IMG/VR virus record: IMGVR_UViG_3300033475_000026
Coordinates: 1 to 58,656 of that record
DNA length: 58,656 nt
From: a virus
Taxonomy: Duplodnaviria > Caudoviricetes
Direction: 5' to 3' (one strand)
The position numbers were made by a program, and so were the translations under genes. A model generated the notes under the pieces. It was not told the DNA's origin, did no database searches, and worked only from the letters and a program-made list of their open reading frames with translations. Below, in pieces: positions 52,553-58,656 of this stretch (position 1 is the first letter of the stretch; every line of letters begins with the position of its first letter).

Positions 52553-53307
52553 ACGACCCTCTGATCAGCATGGACGATGAAGCCCGGAATGGTGCGCTTG
52601 CCTTCGCGGACGTCGGTTTCCGCCAGCGACAGCAGGAATGCCTTCATCGCGTCGGGCTGGGTCTCGACGTAGTGGACGAGCGCCGCCTTGGGGCTCACCA
52701 GCTCGGGCCGGTAGTAGGTCCGCAGCGTGGTCGCCCGCGCTCCGCCCAAAGCCGCCGGCCGATCCTTCTCGGCGCGGGTCGCGGCGGCTTCCGCCTGGCG
52801 CGCGGCCTTGACCAGCGCCTCGGCATCTTCGCGCGCTTCCAGATCGGTCTCTGCGGCGGCTTCCAGGGCCTCCTGGGCGGCTTGGACTTTCGCCTCGGCC
52901 TCCTGACGCGCCAACTCCGCGGCGGCCTTCTTGGCGGCCTCTTGGGCCTGTAGCCACGGGGCGAGTGCCTTCTTGCAGGTGTCGACGGCCAGGTCCGCCC
53001 GTTCCAGCAACGGCTTCCACTTCGCCTGTACGGCCTTGGCCGCTTCATCGTGGGGCCGCTTCTCGTCCGAGCGGGCCCGGTCGGCATCCTTGGCGGCGGT
53101 GCGGATCAGATCCAGCAGCTTGGAGACCGCCTCGGCCTCACCCTCAGAGTTGACGCCCTCGCCGTCGAGGAAGTTCTTGGCCTCTGCGAACAGGTCGTTG
53201 ATGTGGGCCGCGAAGCCGTCGAGGGGGCTTTCCGAGGGTGGTTCGTTGTGACCGATCCCAGCGATGATCTGGGCGTCGGCGGCGAGTTCGGCGAGCGCGG
53301 CCATCAA
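52549..53307 (-). CDS. Recombination-module coiled-coil protein
   Basis: IGHNEPP...R..EK.P.......V.A.W...IPG; next to the annealing protein. Confidence 0.7.
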   Translation of the reverse strand: MMAALAELAADAQIIAGIGHNEPPSESPLDGFAAHINDLFAEAKNFLDGEGVNSEGEAEAVSKLLDLIRTAAKDADRARSDEKRPHDEAAKAVQAKWKPLLERADLAVDTCKKALAPWLQAQEAAKKAAAELARQEAEAKVQAAQEALEAAAETDLEAREDAEALVKAARQAEAAATRAEKDRPAALGGARATTLRTYYRPELVSPKAALVHYVETQPDAMKAFLLSLAETDVREGKRTIPGFIVHADQRVV

Positions 53308-54104
53308 GCGAACTCCGGCACGTTATCCGCGCCCAGGCCGAAGCCCTCGGCCTTCTCGGTCAGCCGCTCGAAGAGGGTCTTGTATAGCCCCTCGATCTCG
53401 GCCAGCCGCTCGGGGTCCCCCAGGTCCAGTTCGCCGCAAAGCTTGGAGCCCTTGGCGTAGGCCTTCCGCAGATCGTCAGCGGTCTTGCAGGAGCGCATGG
53501 CGCTTTCGAGGGTGTCGGCTCGCTGGCTGAGCGATAGCGTGGCGGTCGTGGTTGCTGGTGCCAGGCGCTTCTCGTCCTGCTTCGGCGCGTCGGCCTTGGT
53601 GGTGGACGCCGGGACGTTCTGGGCGGCGTCCTTGACCAGCAGGCCCTCCAGCTTCTTACGGTCGGCCGCGCTGATCTGCTCGCGCTCGTCCAGATCGACC
53701 CAGGGCGTCGGGAGGTGGTAGAGATACCGCCCGATCCCCCAGCGCACGGCGGCGCGCTTGAACGCGTCCGACAGCGCGCCCTTCTCGGCCTCGATGTCGC
53801 TGTCGCCGGCGCCGTCCGCCTTCGTGACCCAGCCGCGTCCTTCGACCCAGATGTCGATCTCACACACGGTCTTCTTGTCGACGTGCGGGTAGCGGTCCTG
53901 CCAGTTGTCGGGTCCGCACACCTCGTCCAGCCGGTCCATCACGTCGCGGGCGTCGATATAGGCGAGCACCTGACCCTTGGTGGCCTTGGCGTTGTTGTCT
54001 CCGGTCTCGCGTTGGCGCTTCTTCTTGTTGCTCACGCCCACGCGCCAGGACACTTGGTCAGGGCGGAACGGGGCGGCCAGGCGGGTGAACAGGTCGTCGC
54101 TCAT
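53304..54104 (-). CDS. Rad52/Sak-family single-strand annealing protein
   Basis: LAYIDAR.VMDRLDEVCG..NW...EAEKGALSDAFKRAAVRWGIGRYLY. Confidence 0.92.
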   Translation of the reverse strand: MSDDLFTRLAAPFRPDQVSWRVGVSNKKKRQRETGDNNAKATKGQVLAYIDARDVMDRLDEVCGPDNWQDRYPHVDKKTVCEIDIWVEGRGWVTKADGAGDSDIEAEKGALSDAFKRAAVRWGIGRYLYHLPTPWVDLDEREQISAADRKKLEGLLVKDAAQNVPASTTKADAPKQDEKRLAPATTTATLSLSQRADTLESAMRSCKTADDLRKAYAKGSKLCGELDLGDPERLAEIEGLYKTLFERLTEKAEGFGLGADNVPEFA

Positions 54105-54301
54105 GCCGCTTGCTCCTGCGGTTGATAGGCCTCAGCCATGGCCGCCGACAGTTCATCGGCCAGGCGCTTGGCGTCGGATTGGAAGTAGTCGGGCTGCTTG
54201 GCGTCCTTGCGGAAGATCGCCAGGAGCTGTTCGGCGGAGGGGCGCGGGAGGTAGGTCCCGCGATACTGGACCTCTCCGTGAAGGGCAGTGAAAATGGGCA
54301 T
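54101..54301 (-). CDS. Hypothetical protein
   Basis: AAGGGA RBS; ATGA coupling. Confidence 0.6.
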   Translation of the reverse strand: MPIFTALHGEVQYRGTYLPRPSAEQLLAIFRKDAKQPDYFQSDAKRLADELSAAMAEAYQPQEQAA

Positions 54302-54380
54302 TGCTCTGTCCCTTTCCAGTGAATTGCAGTATACATGTTGGCGCCTCTACGCGCCACGAAAGGTTATCGCGTGAGGAACA

Positions 54381-54575
54381 CTAAGACGACGCCACGAGCC
54401 TGATCTGAGGTCTGTAGATGCGATGCCGCGTAACTGTCGTCACGACCTCTTCCACCGACATACCGGGATAGGTCTCTGAATTTGCAGAGGCCCATTTCCT
54501 GGCGGCTTTTGGATCATCAAAGGTCTTGATGATGGCCCCAACTGAGGTAAGGGCGTGGTAGCTGGTGGAGATCAT
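54381..54575 (-). CDS. Hypothetical protein
   Basis: AGGAGG RBS. Confidence 0.6.
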   Translation of the reverse strand: MISTSYHALTSVGAIIKTFDDPKAARKWASANSETYPGMSVEEVVTTVTRHRIYRPQIRLVASS

Positions 54576-54576
54576 G

Positions 54577-54930
54577 TCAGGCCTCCTGTTTGGGTGGGGT
54601 TGCGGCCTTGAGCGTCGCGAGCTTGGCCGCGTAGGCGTCGCGCTCGGCCTCCATCTCGCGCAGACGGGCGGCCATCTGCTTGGCGTAGCGCTTGGTCGGG
54701 ATCGCCTCGTTGCGCCCGTTCGGCGTCTGCCAGTCGTGGTAGCTGGCGGCCTTGTCCAAGCCGAAGATGCCAGCCTCGGCGATGTCGTCGGTGTAGCCGC
54801 AGGCGCCGCCGTCATGGCCGCGCCGATGCCAGCGGCCCCAGTAGTGCGAGCGGATCAGCCAGGGGCCTTCGGTTGGGTCCACGGGACGACGGCGCGGCGG
54901 CTTCCGGCGCTTGGCGACAGCTTCGCTCAC
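54577..54930 (-). CDS. Phage hypothetical protein
   Basis: WLIRS..WGRWHR.....CGYT..IAEAG. Confidence 0.7.
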   Translation of the reverse strand: MSEAVAKRRKPPRRRPVDPTEGPWLIRSHYWGRWHRRGHDGGACGYTDDIAEAGIFGLDKAASYHDWQTPNGRNEAIPTKRYAKQMAARLREMEAERDAYAAKLATLKAATPPKQEA

Positions 54931-55015
54931 AGCCGATCCCCCTTCGGCCCGAAGGCTTCAGAAAGGGCAGAGCCGAACATCAGGATCAGCAGGGCCAGGA
55001 GGGCGGATTGGAGGA

Positions 55016-55345
55016 TCATTGCGGGGCTCCGGTTTCAGGGGGCGTCCCGGGGACTTCATCGGCGTCGGCGGGGCTCGCAGCGTCGGCGCCGAAGTCGCGA
55101 TTGGGACCGCCGCGCGCCCGCAACTCGTCGAGCGTCACGGTCGTCGAGTTGGCGATCATGCGTTCGAGTACGGTGAGGTGCTCGCGGCGGAAGCGGCGCT
55201 TGTGGTAGGCTCGAAACTCCTTGGCGAGCGCCAGCGCTTCGTCGCGATCGGGGCCTTTGTGCAGGGCATCCGCCATGCCTTCGCGGTCCTGAATGGCGAA
55301 GATCAGGGCGAGTTCGATAAGTTCGGAAACCGGCCGCTTAGCCAT
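55016..55345 (-). CDS. Hypothetical protein; C-terminus encoded by the cassette repeat
   Basis: Ends ASPADADEVPGTPPETGAPQ. Confidence 0.65.
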   Translation of the reverse strand: MAKRPVSELIELALIFAIQDREGMADALHKGPDRDEALALAKEFRAYHKRRFRREHLTVLERMIANSTTVTLDELRARGGPNRDFGADAASPADADEVPGTPPETGAPQ

Positions 55346-55740
55346 CAGGCCACCTCGTCAGTCGGGGGTTCAGGTTGAAACGGCTCCAGCACCGCCAGCG
55401 CCGCCAGCCGCGCGATCCGGGCGTGGAAATGGGCGACGTTCGAAGCGTCGTCGGGCAGAGACTCGAGATGTACGATGGCGCGCGCGACTTCCCGCCGATC
55501 AGTGCAGTACCCACACCCGTCCACACCCCGCCCGAAGGCGAAGAGCGCACGACGGCCGACCCGCTCGCACTCAGGGCTGAGACGGTTGAGGGCGTAGACG
55601 TGCTCGGCGAAGCGGCTGGCAGGCTCGTTGGGACGGATCGGGGTCGCGAACGAGGTCGGGCTTTCGGCCGGGAATGGCTGGGCCTGGCGGACGTCTCGCG
55701 CGAAGGACGGCTTGAGCGGAAGGTTGACGACTTCACCCAT
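55345..55740 (-). CDS. Hypothetical protein
   Basis: MGEVVNL start; TGATG coupling. Confidence 0.6.
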   Translation of the reverse strand: MGEVVNLPLKPSFARDVRQAQPFPAESPTSFATPIRPNEPASRFAEHVYALNRLSPECERVGRRALFAFGRGVDGCGYCTDRREVARAIVHLESLPDDASNVAHFHARIARLAALAVLEPFQPEPPTDEVA

Positions 55741-55742
55741 GG

Positions 55743-55928
55743 TCAGGCCGTCTTCGATACGGAGACGGTGATCAGGGTCGCGTGGCCCTGGAAGGTGACC
55801 TGATAGTCGAACTTCCAGACGCCGCTCTCCTCGCGGCCGGTGCCGGGGATGCGCTTGAACTCGACGTCGCGATGGTGGACGTCTCGATCCGACAGCGTGC
55901 CGTCGATATAGCGGGCAAGGTCTTCCAT
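55743..55928 (-). CDS. Hypothetical protein
   Basis: AAAGGG RBS; plausible small beta protein. Confidence 0.55.
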   Translation of the reverse strand: MEDLARYIDGTLSDRDVHHRDVEFKRIPGTGREESGVWKFDYQVTFQGHATLITVSVSKTA

Positions 55929-56031
55929 CAGAGGCCCTTTCTTTCGTCTTGGAACGGATGGATGGGGGCAGCGCTCTTGGGCGCGCCGTAACGCTTTCCC
56001 GGGAGGCAACCTATTGATCTTGCTGCCATAG

Positions 56032-56382
56032 TCAGGCCTCCCCGCGAGCGAGGGCGGCGAGTGTGCTGTACGCTGCTTCGGCTGCACGTCTGGCAGCGGC
56101 CCAACCACGCGGCATCATTCGCGAGCATTGATCAAGTTCGCCCGCAGCCTTCCTCAACGCCTCCCTAAGCACTAGGGACGGGTCATCGGAGAGGATGGCG
56201 TCGGCCTTAGCGAGGGACGGCGCTGTCAGGTCGATGGCTTGGTCGCGGTATTGGGTTCCGAGACGCGACGCGGGGCCTTCGATATTGAACCATTCCGCCG
56301 AGCGTTCGGCGTAGTGGTCGTGCGCAGCCCACGCATCGGGATCAATGATCCTGGCGGCCCTCGTTAGGGTCTGGGAGGTCAT
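56032..56382 (-). CDS. Hypothetical protein
   Basis: ARIIDP.AW...SLAKADAIL. Confidence 0.65.
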   Translation of the reverse strand: MTSQTLTRAARIIDPDAWAAHDHYAERSAEWFNIEGPASRLGTQYRDQAIDLTAPSLAKADAILSDDPSLVLREALRKAAGELDQCSRMMPRGWAAARRAAEAAYSTLAALARGEA

Positions 56383-56600
56383 TTGCGGTTCCCCTCAAAG
56401 GCCCCGTACCGCGCCACTTCGGCGCTCAAGAAACCGCTGATGCGGTCCATGCGGGCGACGTTGCAGGGCAGGCACCATGGCCCCCAGGCTGTAATGCAGC
56501 CGAGCGTGCCGCACCCGATGCAGCGCACCCGCGGCCGGACCCGATTTCCGGGATGCTGCGGGTCGGCATATGGACGTTCTGCGTCTTGCTGCTGGCTCAT
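56379..56600 (-). CDS. Small Cys-rich protein
   Basis: CIGC...C.TAWGPWC.PCN..R..RI. Confidence 0.65.
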   Translation of the reverse strand: MSQQQDAERPYADPQHPGNRVRPRVRCIGCGTLGCITAWGPWCLPCNVARMDRISGFLSAEVARYGAFEGNRK

Positions 56601-57022
56601 TCCCCACCCCCTCTTGCAAGAAGGAGGGCGGCTCGGGCGAGCTTGACGTTGTGCTTCGCCTCGGGTTCGCCAAGGTTATTGATCCGCGCGTAGTCGCAGA
56701 CCTCTTCGACCAGCGCCTCCAACGCTTCGTAGAGGGCTGGAGACGCGGCGAGCTTCTGGTTCGCGATGGCCAACTGGACCGATAGCCAGCGGATACGCTC
56801 CTTGGCCGCCGTCTGCATCGGCAGGAGGTCCAGGCTGTAGCGGTCGACCAAATAGACGGCGTTCGCCATGGCCAGATCGGGCTTGTCGCCGTGCGTCAGG
56901 TCCGCGCGCCTCATGGTGGCATACTCGACGGCCTTCTCGCGACCTTCCGGCGTGGTCCAGTGGCCGGGGAGCACATCGGGGAGCCCAGCCGTCCAAGGCT
57001 TAAGGGAGGGGGCTTGGGTCAT
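56597..57022 (-). CDS. Hypothetical protein
   Basis: TAAKERIRWLSVQL...LAASPALYEAL. Confidence 0.65.
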   Translation of the reverse strand: MTQAPSLKPWTAGLPDVLPGHWTTPEGREKAVEYATMRRADLTHGDKPDLAMANAVYLVDRYSLDLLPMQTAAKERIRWLSVQLAIANQKLAASPALYEALEALVEEVCDYARINNLGEPEAKHNVKLARAALLLARGGGE

Positions 57023-57303
57023 TGGGCGGAGGCCTTTTCGTTCATCCCGGGACCTGTCCCGTTCGCTCCGGCGGGGCTCGCGGTTGCGGCGTCCAGGGCC
57101 GCGATGGCCTCCATCACACCCGCCCACGCATGGGCATGAGCTTGGCGGTGCCATTGCGGGCGCTTCTTCGCGTTGGACTCGGCGAAATGGCGCTCGGCGA
57201 TGGGCATCAGGATTTGACGGTGATCTACTCCCCCATCGGCGCGATGTGCGTTGGTCGACGGTGCGTGGTCCCGGGAGGCCATCACCCCGTCCTCCCCCGA
57301 CAA
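57019..57303 (-). CDS. Hypothetical protein; both ends encoded by cassette repeats
   Basis: Begins MASRDHA and ends TGPGMNEKASAQ. Confidence 0.6.
   Translation of the reverse strand: MSGEDGVMASRDHAPSTNAHRADGGVDHRQILMPIAERHFAESNAKKRPQWHRQAHAHAWAGVMEAIAALDAATASPAGANGTGPGMNEKASAQ
57040..57280. mobile_element. Candidate cassette bounded by GTTCATCCCGGGACC / GGTCCCGGGAGGCC
   Basis: Left 15-mer identical to 6261-6275; right 16-mer GCGTGGTCCCGGGAGG identical to 57838-57853. Confidence 0.6.
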
Positions 57304-57500
57304 GCCCTCTTGAAAGCCGCGTCGATATCCGAGAACGCAGGCTCCAGAAGGTCGTGGGCTGAGTACAGCTTGCCCCGCAGTTCAGCCGGAACCCGAAGGC
57401 CCGTTCGGAAGTCGACGCCATCACCCACACGGGCTCGGACAAGGTCCGTCGCTATGGCGAGGTGCTGGGCGAGGGCGGCTTGGGTGGTATCTAGGGGCAT
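57282..57500 (-). CDS. Hypothetical protein
   Basis: ORF in the operon. Confidence 0.55.
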   Translation of the reverse strand: MPLDTTQAALAQHLAIATDLVRARVGDGVDFRTGLRVPAELRGKLYSAHDLLEPAFSDIDAAFKRACRGRTG

Positions 57501-57503
57501 GGG

Positions 57504-57917
57504 TTAGGCTTCCGTCGCTTTGGCGATGGCGGCGGTAAGCGCTTCATGGCGCCGCGCCATTTCTTCGCCGATGGCTTCGAAGTCGTAGACAAGCCCTTCG
57601 CCGTCATGGGCGTTGTAGTTGTCTAGGATCGCGCAAAGCTCGCGGGCCTCGTGAAGCAGGTCCGGCGCGGCGGCGATCAGGCGCCCATGTTCGGCCGTGA
57701 AGGCATAGGCGACAGGAGCGCCGCTATCGGCCGTGCGAATGTCGAACTGGGATTGGATGCCATCGAGATAGTCGGGCTCGCCGCTGTCGTTCAGAAACCA
57801 CGCTCCCTCATCGGCGCGAGCCCCGCTGTCCGTGTGGGCGTGGTCCCGGGAGGACCCCATCCCACCATCCGGTGACAGAACACCGGAGGAACCATGATCT
57901 TCAGATTGCGGGGTCAT
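57504..57917 (-). CDS. LIAAAP-family phage protein; N-terminus encoded by the cassette repeat
   Basis: GAGGA RBS; SSRDHAH...RLIAAAPDLL...AAIAKAT. Confidence 0.7.
   Translation of the reverse strand: MTPQSEDHGSSGVLSPDGGMGSSRDHAHTDSGARADEGAWFLNDSGEPDYLDGIQSQFDIRTADSGAPVAYAFTAEHGRLIAAAPDLLHEARELCAILDNYNAHDGEGLVYDFEAIGEEMARRHEALTAAIAKATEA
57809..57856. repeat. Cassette-end repeat, right type
   Basis: CATCGGCGCGA...GCGTGGTCCCGGGAGG with the same spacing as 57234-57278. Confidence 0.7.
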
Positions 57918-57921
57918 CTCG

Positions 57922-57951
57922 TTCCTCATCGCCGGGGTGGCTGATGAGGAA
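57922..57951 (-). promoter_or_regulatory. Leader hairpin of the leftward operon, sequestering the RBS
   Basis: TTCCTCATC-GCC...GGC-T-GATGAGGAA. Confidence 0.45.
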
Positions 57952-57953
57952 TA

Positions 57954-58002
57954 CTCACAGATTGCGAGGACGCTGTCTAGAACTATCCGCACATTTTGCG
58001 AG
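57954..58002. promoter_or_regulatory. OL-like operators CTCACAGATTGCGAG and CGCACATTTTGCGAG
   Basis: Consensus C(T/G)CACA-N3-TGCGAG also present in the cI-cro interval. Confidence 0.7.
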
Positions 58003-58074
58003 GAAAGTTTTCAGGCATGGAAAAGCCCGCACGATGGCGGGCATCCGATTCACTTTACGTGGGGGAGAGAGCGG

Positions 58075-58398
58075 CTAGCCGTGCGTTCCGGTCTTGAAGG
58101 TCCGGAGGATCTGAAGCGCCTGGGCGCGGGTCTCTTTAGGAAGCTCGGTCGCTGCTTCGATCAGCTCGCGGTTCACATCGTTAGGGTCGAAGTCTAGCAG
58201 GAAACCGGGCCGCGTACCAAGGGCTGGCGCGAGTTTCATGAGCCACTTCTGCGACAGGCCGCGCTCGCCGCTTTCCAGTAGGCCAATGACATTCCCCGCC
58301 GTCCCGACCTTCTCGGCTAGCTCTTCTTGCGTCAGGGACCGGAACTCACGCCAGGCGCGGAGATGGTTCATGGACTGTTTGGCGGCTCTCTTACCCAT
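58075..58398 (-). CDS. cI: CI-like repressor (XRE HTH, no peptidase domain)
   Basis: LRAWREFRSLTQEELAEKVGT....I..LESGERGLS; 107 aa; divergent from cro. Confidence 0.85.
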   Translation of the reverse strand: MGKRAAKQSMNHLRAWREFRSLTQEELAEKVGTAGNVIGLLESGERGLSQKWLMKLAPALGTRPGFLLDFDPNDVNRELIEAATELPKETRAQALQILRTFKTGTHG

Positions 58399-58399
58399 C

Positions 58400-58483
58400 C
58401 GCACAGTCTGCGAAACGGCAACGGGTGCGTCTCTGACGTAGTTGCGAGGATAAGCCATTGCGTCTAATCTCGCATTGTGTGAG
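58400..58483. promoter_or_regulatory. OR-like operators CGCACAGTCTGCGAA (58400), half-site TGCGAG (58443), CTCGCATTGTGTGAG (58469)
   Basis: Matches the OL consensus; lies between divergent cI and cro. Confidence 0.7.
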
Positions 58484-58491
58484 GATAGCGC

Positions 58492-58656
58492 ATGGACAAA
58501 GACCGCTTCATCGCCCTTCGGAAGGACAACGGCTTCACGCAAGCCACCTTCGCCAAGGCCCTCGGCGTTTCCCCCGGCTACATCGGCGACATCGAGCGCG
58601 GTCATCGGTTCGTGTCGCTGAAACTCGCGATGCGCATGGAGGGCGAACTGAAGCTG
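58492..58656 (+). CDS. cro: Cro-like protein, 5' part
   Basis: GAGGA RBS, ATG 58492; continues at window start to TGA 173-175. Confidence 0.85.
   Translation, partial: MDKDRFIALRKDNGFTQATFAKALGVSPGYIGDIERGHRFVSLKLAMRMEGELKL
58530..58656. repeat. Terminal direct repeat, copy 2
   Basis: Identical to 1-127. Confidence 0.95.

Larger units (their letters stand above)
55041..56011. mobile_element. Candidate three-gene cassette bounded by GGCGTCCCGGGGAC / TTTCCCGGGAGGCAACC
   Basis: Degenerate inverted repeats; internal GCGGGGCTCGC box shared with 57071 and 57816. Confidence 0.4.

Overview
The window is an apparently complete, circular-mapping genome (~58.5 kb; bases 1-127 repeat at 58530-58656) of a GC-rich temperate podovirus with P22-like morphogenesis genes. 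The host is probably an alphaproteobacterium (alpha-type LexA box and typical gene families; Caulobacterales is only a guess). Layout: cro/cI switch across the junction; early right operon (PAPS-reductase family, RusA, NrdR-like, DnaA-domain-IV-like, short replication-organiser-like protein); a ~600-nt hairpin-dense non-coding region; accessory genes; an extra fibre/decoration module before the terminase; terminase, portal, scaffold, coat, gp4/gp10-like tail, fibres and ejection proteins; lysis cassette; moron; attP (3' half of tRNA-Lys-UUU); tyrosine integrase and excisionase; orphan TnpB; leftward early operon (HNHs, Rad52-like annealing protein, many small genes). Strongest novelty candidates: (1) a family of ~15-60 bp CCCGGG-cored inverted repeats that bracket accessory genes as cassettes and are translated into their N- and C-termini; (2) the large structured non-coding element next to an initiator-like protein with no recognisable DNA-binding domain; (3) an orphan rearranged-RuvC TnpB fused to a phage N-terminus; (4) an antisense tRNA-like RNA; (5) duplicated plug-and-socket fibre modules and a Maf/DUF115-like enzyme between paralogous virion proteins; (6) two novel palindromic late-gene operator families. 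All protein calls come from motif recognition by eye, not database searches.
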